Of a stretch of 64,000 nucleotides of DNA, positions 51,579-64,000 are shown in pieces. The stretch comes from Bispira polyomma. Its lineage: Eukaryota. The position numbers and the translations under genes were made by a program. The notes below the pieces were generated by a model. The model was given only the letters and a program-made list of their open reading frames with translations. It did not search any database and had not been told where the DNA came from. Numbering within the stretch: position 1 is the first letter of the stretch; every line of letters begins with the position of its first letter. The stretch covers positions 16,120,001 to 16,184,000 of the forward strand of contig OZ287751.1 of the NCBI GenBank assembly GCA_965649765.1, in the 5' to 3' direction.

Positions 51579-54500
51579 TTTTGTGTATTTACAATAAGTC
51601 TTAAAAGTAAATAGTTTCCTTTTGAGTATAGTATTTAAGAAACGCTTATCATTATTACAATCTGGGTTCAATAAAAAAATAGTTCACACACCAAAATCAA
51701 TTCTAAATAGTGATCAGATTTCCTTCCAACTCTTTGATGTAAGTTTGTTGTATATGCATAAAACTTATCAGATTTAAAAAGTCAGAAGCAAGTATTTGAT
51801 TAGTGTTTAAGGGATAAAGCATGTCCAACATATGTTTATCTTGTAATAGTTACAACCAGACCTTGTGCTTAATTTAAATAGTTCTTTGTTTAATTGTAAT
51901 TGTTCTAGAACATAGTTTAATTTTTTGTTGAGTTTATGTATCAGCATAAGAGGAAAAAGAGTCACAAAGATTGCCTTTAAATAAAGTATTTCTTTTATTT
52001 TCTCCGTTTTTACAGGACTAAAATTAATAACATTTTGCGAGATATTGCATAAAATAGCTAAAAAAATTGATGTACCCTGCCATTTTCAAAAATGGCAAAT
52101 TGTAAAATGAGAAAAATACTTTTTGATTAGATTTTGTATTATTTGAGAAAAAAAAGACATGAGATGGTTGTTTATAATGAAATAAAACGCCAGAGTGAGT
52201 GTTCAGTGTAAGTCAGAGGCCAGATGATGAATTATCTAATATAAACTAGTATTTCAAGATATAGTTCAACCCTGTTGTTCTTGTGTAATGTTCTCTTCAG
52301 GCTGTACCTATCGGTAAGTTATAGGTAAGAAACATTATAGGTAGAACATGCAGGATATTTAAACCTCAAGCTAGGACTAAGCACATTGGCAAATGTGTAA
52401 AAAATGAATAACCAAGACAAAGAGGAATTACTTTGTTAAATTGGAAAAGAGCAAGTTTAATTAGAACCAAATCTGTCAGAAATCTGTTACAGAGAAATAT
52501 TTAAGTAGTTTTTTCAGGACCACAATATACAGGTTATATATGTAGGTTATAATTACTAGTGCTTGCTAACATTTTACTAAAACTTAGAAGCTGGTACTTA
52601 TCCATCCCAGTATCAGGACCAGGTGTAGTGGAGTGGTGCAGTTTTATCAGACGCATCCTGATATTATTTATACACTAAACTATGATCATAAACCTTTTTC
52701 CACTATCAGACTATTTGTTTTCCTTACTGATTTGAATTTGCACCAGAGGATGCCTAGCCATTGATCATGGTACTATAGATTCTAAGTAAAAACATTAACA
52801 CTGAAAAGGGCATGGCCACGTTAGAAACCGCCGCCATGTTGGAAATATTATGTGAGGCCTTCACGGATTGGTTGGAAGCAATCGACCAGGCCAAACTGAA
52901 GGCTGTCAGATTACTATTTGTCACACTGTGCGCATGTGTCCCTTTGTTTGGAATTTACATTGTTTTGGATTCAAAAACACAGGAAAACTCTCATACACCA
53001 TTGCTTGGCTTTTTGCATTTCCTTCTGTCTGTACTTCCTTCTTACTGTAACCTAACGATACAACATTTTGTCGGAGATTTCTCCAAGTTCAATTGCTGCA
53101 TCGGGTTGTGTAGGGAGCAGCTTGTATAATCTTTATATATTATCATATTTCTATTTTTTGTAGTGTTGTGTGGTAATGTACAAAGGCCTTAATGCGGTTT
53201 TCGCTAATCAGAAGTACTGTACAATATACTGATGGCAAAACCAAACATGGACAATTTGTTCCTTTCTGAGAGGTGTTAACTATTTGGAGGTGTTCACTAT
53301 TTGGAGATGTTTACTGACAGAGGTTTTACTGTAAAAGTTTCCCCCCTTTTATTGAAACCGTACAACTAGTTCACCCAGTGGATCTGAAGTTTCGACATCT
53401 TTGACACCAACTTTTATTGCTTAGTGGTTGTTACATTTACACATTTTTATATTTTCCTTATCTTTCATTCAAACGTTTTTTTTAATTATATGTATACATA
53501 GATAATTGTTGGTATAGCATAAACAGTATACGAATAGCATACTTTAACTAACTTCATAGTTATACAAAGAATAAATCTATCATCTTGATGAGTTCAGGTC
53601 AGTGTAAATCCTCTATCTAAGCCAATCTTCTTGCTATTAAGTCAGTACTTTAGTTCCTGAACAAAAGGCAAAGAATGAGAGAGAAAGAGAGAGGCTGACC
53701 TTTTAAAGATGATAAAAAAACATGTGACCGTATTCTCTAAGAATCTCAAGAGCTCAAATCAGACTAAAGCTGAAATTGAAATTTTTTTTCATATAATCTG
53801 ACAGCATATTTGAATACAGTGCTAAAATCTCTTCTAAAACGAATGGTTACAGGTATAGGTTATTTTTAGACACACGGAATTTATTTAAGTCTAACATTGA
53901 ACTTGAGTCTCTTTGGAGAATACAGACCCCCCCCCCCCCCCCCCCCCCTGGTTCAACAACAGCCAGTTAGTGATGCTGCTGCAGTCACCTAAATGTCAGT
54001 GAGGTCAAGGCATTGTTATATGCACAGGTAGACCTGCCCCTTTCAACTCTCCCACGGCAATACAGTCGTTTGCTGCTTGATTTATGAGCATCCAAAATTC
54101 CAACCTGCAATTCTGCAGGTCTGTATAGGATGGGTGATTGTGGGAAGGTGTTCACATTACTTACCAGTTGGGGTATGCAACTGTTTTACACTATACTGGT
54201 AATAGCATTGGTTGTATAGGGAAATTACGGAGGAAAAAGAATGAATGATGATATCATGGAGGAATAGTTTTTTTAAAAAAGTATTTGAGAAGTAATATTG
54301 CGAGCATTACTGGCTATAGCAATACTTAAGCAGTACCTGACTGTAGCGAAGGTCCAGTCTAGTATTAGACTACTTTTTTTATCTGTAAGATTAAATATAT
54401 TATCAAAACTCCCTAACTGATATGGTTGACCTTAATCACAGCTCATATGTTCCAAATGCTTTATTAATTAAAGTTTTATGTGAATTTCATCATGGTTTAA

Positions 54501-54854
54501 TATAGGAGAATCCATTATGGCTAGTTTTAATCTTGAAATGCATCATATACATGCTAAAAAGGTCAACATTTAATTATGCATTGCTCTCATATTGACATAT
54601 GTAAAACAGGCGCATCCAACTTCGATATGAAGGAAGTCCATTAGAACTAGTCAAATAGTAAATGGTCATGTGATGCTATTGCCAGGAACTGAGGTTTATT
54701 TTGTTGGTAAAAGCTTAGTGATACTTGTTGTCATGAACATAGCTAAAATTTCATAAAGTATGATGCAGTACTGAAAGGTAAGAAAGATAAATACCGTAGA
54801 GACCAGGTATGACTTATTAAACAAGATTATGATTAAAGACTAAGAAATAGAATA

Positions 54855-54950
54855 GAAAGCGATTTTGAAGATAGGTTTTAAGTTTTCTCCTAGACCTAGA
54901 AAGTGTTTCTGGTAATCTAAGCTCAACTAGGAGAGTATTCCTTAATATTG
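54855..54950 (-). mobile_element. L2-clade LINE 3' end (decayed)
   Basis: RNTLLVELRLPETLSRSRRKLKTYL. Confidence 0.55.
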
Positions 54951-57900
54951 AGACTGTGATTGAGATACCTCTGAATTCAGCCCCTTTGTTGGGTTTAACG
55001 GAGGAAACAGCTTCGAAAGTGGTGATATGGATTTTAAACAAAATGATATCCTATTGCACTTGATTATTTCTTGGTCCATGCCAATCTCCTGACCTTCTAT
55101 GTAAATTGGTTCAGGGAGAAAGTCACATACTTACCGTGGATCGTTAGTTTATTCCACTATTCCTTCACACATGACCTAAGCTGGTAAATCTTACTAAAAC
55201 TAAAGTCCACCACATGAGTGGAACTGCACTATGTTGTCCAGCCCGACATTAGGAGTTTACATCAATCTTCTCTTTCTCCCAATAGTAACCCAATTGAAAA
55301 TCAATTTGCCAGTCTTTGGCCAAAGGGGTACCATTAACAAATGAAAGTTCAATGATCAAGCCTTCATGAACTGGAAACAGGCAATTCAATAATAATGGCT
55401 ACAACCCCGACCATTGCAGAAATTAATTGTGATCATTGAATGCAAGAGGCAGTTTTGCAAAGGCAGTTTTGCAAAGGCAGTTTTGCAAAATATTATTACA
55501 ATGTTAAGTGTCATGATTATTTCAAATCATTGTAGTACCATTGATTTAAAAGTGAAAAAAAAAAAAAAAATCTGGACGAGCCCTGAAAAACTTTATTACT
55601 TCTCATAAAATTTAATTTTGAAATGTGCCTGTTTTTTTTCTTTGATTGTTTATCATCAGGTTTAAAAAAAAGGATCTGGATTTTAGGAGGGTGGATACAG
55701 TTGCTTTATTGTTTATATCTCGCCAGAATTCCATAAACTGCATCACCGCCACCTGTTCAACAATTCCTAAGTCGATAACCATAAAGTAAAGATCCATGGC
55801 CTTCTTTGGAGACAAAGAGAAGGATGGATCATGTACCACAGACAAATCAATTAAAGTTTACAAGAGGCTGGATAGAACCCAAGACTAGTATGCTTAGAAT
55901 TCATTGTCCAAGCCACAGAGTTAAAAGAATGGTGCCAGTCTTAATCAACATAGGGAAACAGGTGGAAATAACAATATTTGTTTTCTGTCCATATTATTAG
56001 GTGGAATACAGTACCTTCACAGAGAACCCAGCAAACTTCAGATGCATTACTTACTGCCATGTGTCACATACATAATGACAAAGAAATGAACTCATTACTG
56101 GACTCTCTAATGGGGGTCTACATAAACTATAGTCTGTCTCAGCTCCAAAATATATATCGATCAGGGATCCTATTAGGTCAGTTAATCTGAACTTGTCTAG
56201 GGTTGTTATGTAAAGTGATAAATTTAGTTAATTAAATTTGTCATTCATATACACTGTGATCAAACTAGCAACATGTAATTGCTTTATTAAGCTTTAAATA
56301 ACATTATTTTATTATTTGGTCATGGTGATTTGCATTGGACGTAATATAGTGGACCAAGGCAGGATTTTAGTTCATAATCCAAATACAATACCATTTAGAT
56401 TAATTATTAATTAAAAAAAAAAAAAATAAAATACCAAAAAAAAACGTAATTTAATAACAATTTTTTTGCAACTTCATAACAGTAGCACTGCTTAAAGAAA
56501 CCAAAAAAAAAAAAAAATGTTTGTAATGATTGATATCTGCCAGTTGTAGAATCTTCAAAGACAAGGAGTTTTAATTTTTTTCTGTGCACAGATGCTGAAG
56601 TCCTTCTTACCATAGGTTTCAGTTCTACATATTATTTATGGTATAACATAAAGTTACCACCAGATGTTAGAGGCCTGTTAGGTTGTTCTATACCACTCTA
56701 AACCAAATAGGTCATATAGTCTAGACAGAGAGCATGGAAGCACTTTAATAATCAAAATGTAACAACTGTATCATATCCTTTCTGCTATTGTAAGTTCAGC
56801 CATTGTAGGTCATTTAGGGAAGAAGATTTCTGATACTTTCCCAGTTACCATGTGTGATGTGATCTCGTGTAATCAAATTTTTAGAGTGGATTCTAAGGCG
56901 CATTTATCATCATCATTCTTTGACGGAAGGTGGTCGTAACCAAGGAGACACCAGAATGAATATGTAACTAGGGAGAGAAATATGCTGTCTTTAATTAGCT
57001 TCTAAAAGATGATAAGGTAGCAACATAAATTTCCTGTGGCAGACTGTTCCATAGATTTGCTGCATGGCATCTAGAAGTGAAGAAGATAATACAAATGAAT
57101 GTAATAAAGACTAGTTTAGAGAATCAGATAAAACACCCATACACAATACCTAAAAACTAGTTTTCAGCCAAACATGGAAACGTGAAAGAACATTCAGTTG
57201 GGTTGGCCCAAGTATGATCAATGCGCTCTTTATAAGAGGACCCTATCTAATAATATCATAGGGTCCATTCTAAAATATTAATTTAAATAAAAAAATATAC
57301 AATTTTTAAAATTTAATAACATAGAGTGAATAGTGTATGTAAATGATTTACATTAAACTCAAATGGCTACTTACAACACTAATGATGGCTATAACTGAAT
57401 GAATTTTGAGTTATGCATCTGGCAGACTTTTCACTTTGATTGAAATACAAGTAGGTTGCTTTCAGAGTTAGACTTTTCATTTCTTAGCACTGCCGACATA
57501 CATTCTTTAAAATCCTTGTCGTCTCTACAGGGAAAGTGGGTGTGCCACTGAGATAACAGTGCTGGGTGTTCTATATTAGCCAGACAGATGTTTGGAGCTA
57601 GATTACTTAACACCATTGCAAAAGGGAGGCATAAAGGGAGGCCATTAAGGTGACAGTCTAATTGTGCTCCCTTTTGTCATAGATCTTTCATTGCAAAGGA
57701 AAGAATATGAAACAATAGGTGGTGATGTGTTAAGTCTGACACTTAATACACAGACGCTTTAAATGTTGTTTGACTGGTGAGGGTCAAATCTAAATAGAAA
57801 GTATAATATGTAGTTGCCTCAATGATATAAAGATTTAATACATACTGCTGAAATGAGCAGATGCTAAAAATACTAAAGGTGTAAATGACTTGTCGTTGCT

Positions 57901-57994
57901 TAAATCGTTATTAACAGTAATAAGACAATATTTGGAAAACGTATGAACGGAGATATATTTTTAATTTCCATTTATTTGGATTTAACCTTACTTT

Positions 57995-58245
57995 TAAAGT
58001 ATTTGGTCATATTTTGTAATGGCCAGATTTATTGGTGGAATTTGAATATATTTGGGTTTAACGTCATTTCAACAGCTTTGGCCATATTGCGATGGCCAGG
58101 ATTAGTGGTGTGGGAAACCAGTGCTGATGCCTCTGTAAACTACCAACCTACAGCAAGTAACTGACAAAACTTTCTCATATAAAAACGAAATCTGTGGCCA
58201 GTGATTTCAAAGCAGACACTTGTAACCACTAGATCACCGTGTCCC
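57995..58245 (-). mobile_element. Diverged tRNA-derived SINE (family 1 relative)
   Basis: tttaacgtcatttcaacagctttggccatattgc..cagtgattt..aaccactagatcaccg resembles the 42170 copy. Confidence 0.5.
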
Positions 58246-59559
58246 TATTTATTGGTGAATGAATCCAGTGCTATTTGTACTGGAAACCAATGATATACGG
58301 CAAGTTTCAAGTGAGTTTGAATGGACTGTCCTAAGAGACGAGGGGTTGGTGATATTGAAGTACACACTTATAACCACTAGCCCATCCCTGTTGTCCTTTA
58401 GATACCTGTTCATAAACAGTTATGCTATAATGGCTGATCGTAAGAACAATATAGGTTGTATGTTTACTCCAATATTAGGCATAAGCGGATCCAGGGTTAC
58501 GTGAAGGAGGGATCAATGGTCAACTCTCAAAATATACTGTGAACATAAATGTTAAAGTTTGGTTGTTAGACGCTTGTCTGCTGCAGCTCCAAAAGTGATT
58601 TAAAAACAAGGGGTGTGTGTGCTGACTCCCTGTACCATTGTAAGGTTCCTGCATTTAATAAATATGATGATGCTTTAGTGTGTTGAGGTATCTTTACTGG
58701 TGATACTTTCAATTTAGGCCAAAATGGCTAAACATTTTGTTCTCTCGACTTCAGCAAGTCTTAGAATTGTCCACACTTAACGACAATATTTACAAATATG
58801 TTAAAATATATTAGCTTTCAGCATTTCCTGTCTGAGTTAAAATTGAGTATAATGAAAACACACTGCTTAAAATCACACACCACTTCATTGTCAGGGGTTT
58901 ATTAGCTATATTAGTGAAAACTATTCCCTGCCCAAGCAAGCTACTTTTATGATTGGGCTAACCTCAGGGGGAATCAGATTGATGGCAATGATAACTCACA
59001 GTGTAACATTGGTTTATGTTATAGCTATCAAAGATGTGGCTGCTTCTCTCTCAGTGAATCAAGCAATAGCTCTTGTGCTGTTCAATCAAAAGATGCAGAT
59101 TAGCTAATCAGATTTAGTCTGACTATTGTTTACTGCTTGGATGTATTATTACAACTGTATTAATAAATGGAAGGAATGCAGGGAGTCAGCCATGTAACAG
59201 ATTATTTGGTATACATTAATGTTTCCATGCATAGCTGACAATCATCATAATTCACTCTCAGGCAATGAGGCAAGGTCATTTATTTTACAGGATAGTGATT
59301 TTGTGGTCTAATTATTAACATTCTTTCAACATAGTTTGAAGTTAATAACTTTTGCTGTGTGTATCCATCAAACAAAAGCAATTTTAACAGTTATGAATTG
59401 AGTGCACAGTGTATGGAAACACCCTAAAGAAGATTTGACATGTATGAAACATTGTACAGGTCAAATCATGACAGGCAGTTTCAGCGCTGAAGAAAACCAG
59501 TGTATAATATCTGGTCAAGATTGTACACTGCAAACCAGCGACCATTGATAAGTAATTGT

Positions 59560-60035
59560 CAACTCTTCCATTCAAAGTCAAAATGCAAACATGTCTATAG
59601 ATATGGCGCCTTGCCATTCTAATCCAATGGGATTGACAATCCCACAATTCAAAATGAATTGTTAGAAGGCACATTTTAAATCCGCCTTGCATAAATGGCA
59701 ATCTTGATTGAGGTATGCACACATGGTAAATATGAATTTGAAGTCCTATACGACCATCCCATATCGTGAAGCCCAACCAAAATCTGTAGAATCCTGCATG
59801 AGATCAATCAGGCATGATCTCCTGTTATGAAGGGTGATTGGATCTGATTCTTTTGATAAAATGGCTGGAAAGCCACTGGCCAAGAGTTAAGTCATCATAG
59901 GCTAAACGACCCATCTTTTTTCTCACTAAACAGTTTTTTGGGGCCACTTAATTAGAGACCTTGAAACTTAGACCTTGACATTGACATCTGAGTTTGGACC
60001 ACCAAGGCTTGATTTCAATTTTAGGTTATCAGATG
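59560..60035 (-). pseudogene. gag remnant of a further YR retrotransposon
   Basis: With frameshifts: LKSSLGGP..IKWPQKTV..RLAYDDLTLGQW..GF..LIDLMQDSTDFGWAS..YRHVC, homologous to E3 gag. Confidence 0.7.
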
Positions 60036-60062
60036 GCATCCCAGTCGGTTAAACAGTGATAC

Positions 60063-60186
60063 CTTTGCTTTTGATGCTTCCACTGTTTGGAATGCTCTTC
60101 CTGATGTAATTCGTAAGTCACCCTCTCTTTTCTCTTTTAGAAATCAGCTTAAAACCTACCTGTACACCAAGGCATACCCACCTTAG
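60063..60186 (+). mobile_element. L2-clade LINE 3' end
   Basis: FAFDASTVWNALPDVIRKSPSLFSFRNQLKTYLYTKAYPP*. Confidence 0.8.
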
Positions 60187-60609
60187 TCTTAATCATTCCC
60201 TGGTGTTCTCTATGTTGCCAACCTTCTTTCTATCTATGGTTATTGAAATTGGATCACTGTCACTGTGCTATTGTGCCTTAGAGTCTCCTTGTAAAGAGGA
60301 GATTAAGTCTGATAAATTCAAATTACAATTACAATCCCATCCAAAGGCACTGAAGGCTGGGACAGGGATGCTTCTCCATTCACAATAAATAACTGCTTAT
60401 TCATTGAGGAGCCTGGTAGGTCATGATGGTTAATCCTTTCAATGGTGAGAGCATGAGTTTTCATTTTCTGAACGTCTTGTACATTTACTGGATGCACAGA
60501 ATGACTTAAACCAGCATAATGTTGTCCACTCAGGCTTCTGGGGGTTTTCCTTTAGCTAACTGTTAGTATATTGGACTAACAATCTCAGGACCCACGACAG
60601 CCCAGGATC

Positions 60610-61190
60610 GAATCACAGTCACATTGAGCATGTTCGCGTTATGTTTAAAATTCCGTAAACGTAAGAAAACGGAAGGGAGAATTCGGAGAAATGTAACAAA
60701 AACTCAATGTATGGGCCATTTTTTTAACGTTCTGTACACATCTGTACACGTTTGTACACACATTTAACAGATTTTATTAGCCGTTTCAATTATGTTTCGA
60801 TTATTAGCTACATTTAAAAATACATCAGCCACGTTTCTAAACCAGTTTCGTTCTTATTTTTCTCCTCGTTTTAAATATTATTTGGATGTATAGTTCATTT
60901 TACTGCCATCTTATAAGTCATATACGGATTGAATATGTGTCATATAATTCCCGCGAATGCACCAACCGTTTCAGCAAAATGACCATAAATGTAAGAACTT
61001 TTGAGCAGCTAGACATTTTTCAAATTCTTCTTAAAACGAGATATAAAGGGATCATCTTACTCACACATGCTTATGTTAACTTAAACACACTAGGTTCACT
61101 ACGCAAATGCTAATGTTCATCTTATCTGTGCTATTTTTAGCTATTTTTGTGCGTAATTGAAACGTAAGCCCAGTGTGACCATGGCATTGC
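60610..61190 (-). mobile_element. MITE-like element (family of 9009-10058)
   Basis: The end cgtaagcccagtgtgaccatggcatt and the body align in inverted orientation to 9009-9060 and 9720-10030. Confidence 0.65.
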
Positions 61191-62587
61191 ATGGTGGAAT
61201 TCAGTGCCAAAATGCAAGATGCAACAGTGCGGCATGCAACAGTATAAATCACCTTGCGGTTGTCGTGAAGATATGTAAACTGTCTCAATTGATGAATAGC
61301 AACACTGTTACAACATATATGTCAAAAAAATTATCACTAAAAATGTAAAATTTCAATTTTATTTAGCTAAAGTGGTCACTCTGAAATTTCACCGAATAAT
61401 AAAATGAGACTGAAATAATTAGCACAATGACCAGTTAAAAAATACTTTATACAAGAAAAGTACAGACCACAGTCTAAAACCAACATGTCGGAAGCAATGG
61501 CACTAGCTGCATCAAAATTAAACACACTTAAGATTTTAGTTTTAAGCTTTGTAACTTAGAGTAGAGACTTAAACCAATTACATTTGCGTTTTAAGACATC
61601 TGATGAAAGTCATGGATAAAAATCTTTGATATAAATGTCATTTGCCACACACATTTGTTGTAGGGGGGATATAAAATACCGATCTCAGTTGATCAGTGTC
61701 ATTGCAAGCATGTTTTTTTTATTGCAGTAGCAGTTTTATCATTAAGGGTTAACTTTAACAAGGATATAAGTTGTTTACGCCATTAAAACCAGACAGACAT
61801 CCAAACGACACATCAGTGGCCATGTTCTGGAACAAAAGGTCATGGTCATCGCAGACTCAAGCTCCACTTTTATAGTGCATACATATCAGGCTAAAGTAAA
61901 GGTATATCAAATCTAACTGCATATTTGAATTCGGCACTGAGTTCTCTTTTAAAATGAATGGTCACAAGTATAGGTTTATTCTATGTACAGGAGTTACACA
62001 GAGCCTTCACTGTGAGTTATATCTGAGCCGGAGAATACTGGGCCAGGCTTAAAGATGACTTCTCTGGCCATCAGACCTTTGGTTCCCCTTGAGGCTTCCT
62101 CTATAGATCCTCTCTTAGCTATTTAGTGCCTAAACATCATCCATAGCAATTGAGTAATAGCATCCTTCCTTCGGTGGTACATTGGAACTAATCCCTCTAA
62201 GCAGTCTGTCTTTTATATCCACCCCCTTTTTTCTCATTAAATATAAAGTGTAGAAAATGACTACGCAGAGTGTTGCTGCATATTTATGTTTACATGAAGA
62301 ACTGTACAAGATCTCTGAGTAGAGCACATACTTCCACCAAGATGCCACATCGCCAAAAATATGAAAAAAATTGTGGTTTATTTTGTTTTTCTAAGACTCT
62401 GCCGGAAGTGATATTATATCTGGTTCCTATTCATCTTATGAATCATAAGATTATATTTCAAAATTTATGTTACCAAATTCAAGGCTGTAGTCACTCAACA
62501 GCCTGACTTCCTCGCTTGCCTTTTCTTTTTAGTAACCCAAAGAGAGGCCATAGACTTTCTGTTTCTTTTGGTAAACCCTCCAGGAAG

Positions 62588-62720
62588 GCTGGATCCAGAG
62601 CTTTCTCTATTGCAGCTCCCTTGTCATGGAACAGTCTTCCAGTCGACCTCAGATCATTAGACACACTTATTGGTTTTAGAAAAGAAGCTTAAAACCTATC
62701 TTTTTAACCTGGCTTTACTA
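62588..62720 (+). mobile_element. L2-clade LINE 3' end
   Basis: GSRAFSIAAPLSWNSLPVDLRSLDTLIGFRK / frameshift / LKTYLFNLA. Confidence 0.75.
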
Positions 62721-62924
62721 CTGTAGTTTCTCTCCTCTACACACCACAACATTCCTTGTGACCTTATTATGTCCATGGATCACATGATTGTATAACTGAT
62801 TCTGCTGTTTGCGCTTTAGAAGATGCCTAGCAGCAATAAAGTGAATAATAATAACAATAATTTGAAGCAATGAAATATCCTTATATGTTTATCTTTATGT
62901 GGTATTTTCATAAGAATATACCTG

Positions 62925-63206
62925 TGGTCTCTGCTGCCTAGTGGTTTATGTGTCCAACTCTGAATCTGAGAGTCCAGATTCGATCCTCGCTGCAGGCCTA
63001 GAGATTGTACCTTTGGACAAGGTGTTTTACACAAAAGTTGTCCCTCTCTATCTAGGTGTATAAATGGGTACCTGGCCGCTAGTATGCTTCCTGAGAGTGA
63101 ACAATTGGTTAACAAGTGGAAGAACCCAGGCTGGGGGTGTAAACTGTAAAGTCGGCTGAGACCTCAAGAGTGGTATCACATTCTAAACCTACACACATTT
63201 ACATTT
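62925..63206 (+). mobile_element. tRNA-derived CORE-like SINE (family 2)
   Basis: Aligns with 40515-40850; tail cacacatttacattt. Confidence 0.75.
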
Positions 63207-64000
63207 ATGTACAAGAAGTCTCCATTTTCTTGTCTATCTAAATCCAATCCAAAATGTTTTCCATATCCTATACCTTCACCAAATTTCATGTTAATCTGGT
63301 CAGTAAAGTTCTGTGTAATCTTGGTGACAAACAAAGAAGCAGACCAACCAACTTATGGACACAAGGTTACTTGGATTCTCTTGTGGCGGTAAGAATCGCT
63401 GTCATAAAAAGCACTTATCAAAATTTATATGATAAATTGATTAGGCAGAGAATTCCTAGTTGGACCTCAGTGGTGCAGTCTAACACTCTTGCAGTCTAAC
63501 ACTCTTGGGTTCAAATCTAGTCCCCCCCCCCCCCCCCCCCGCCGACATGGGTGTGGGAAATGTGGTGGGAGACTTGTTGAAGCTGTTTACAGAATAGTAA
63601 TCTTGACCACCGACTGTGTTGTGCTTTTCCTCCACCAATTAACTATCCATCTCGATATACTAACCAGGTCCTATATTCACTGACATTCTAATTTTTAAAA
63701 TTACTCTTATTCTTGAAATTTTTGTAAGAGTGACAATTTTTTTTTATAAGAATTGTCATAAAAATGATTTTTTGATAAACAAAAGTAAACTATAATTGCT
63801 ACCTGTTTTGTACATAGCTTCAACATTCAAGTTGTCAACATTTACTTTATAAATCTAAACATTATCAGGAATTTATAACACTTCTGTTTTCTTAACAAAT
63901 TCCAAGAATAAGAGAATTTCTAAGAATAAGAATGTTGATGGATATGGGGTCTGATGTTGAAAATGACATTAACCCCAAAACTAAACCAAACCTATCAGTA

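Noticed and set aside
52812-53129. 105 aa ORF beginning near ccgccatgttgg
   Set aside because: No domain recognised; the motif is common in repeat ends and YY1-like sites.
57431-57616. RTEX-like LINE C-terminus (FPVETTR..VCRQC)
   Set aside because: Motif match too short and broken to call.

Overview
AT-rich, gene-poor eukaryotic DNA, probably from a marine invertebrate (inferred from the TE families), made almost entirely of decayed mobile elements. The main content is a cluster of Ngaro/DIRS-type tyrosine-recombinase (YR) retrotransposons. E1 (1-~2.7 kb, minus) runs off the window. E2 (11.8-16.3 kb, plus) and E3 (29.8-34.9 kb, minus) are near complete. There is also an ORF-less deletion derivative (20.05-21.15 kb, minus) and a gag remnant (59.6-60.0 kb, minus). 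Comparing these divergent copies suggests a shared expression and cis-element design: (i) a phase-1 splice donor at a conserved Gly-Lys codon pair inside gag and a phase-1 acceptor just after the RT/RNase H stop, predicting a spliced Gag(N-term)-YR fusion; (ii) an A_AAA_AAC plus hairpin -1 frameshift signal between gag and pol; (iii) a 5' leader intron; (iv) a ~310-370 bp 3' module bracketed by TGGGCA...TGCCCA inverted repeats and filled with TTAAGG-N(0-3)-CCTTAA palindromes. Also present: a decayed NADAR domain next to an L1/Tx1 RT fragment, two tRNA-derived SINE families (one 'tailless' copy with a TSD), L2 3' ends, several MITEs (one carrying a 26 x 41-bp array) and a ~2.7-kb inverted duplication. 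No intact host gene was recognised. All calls come from manual reading without database searches.
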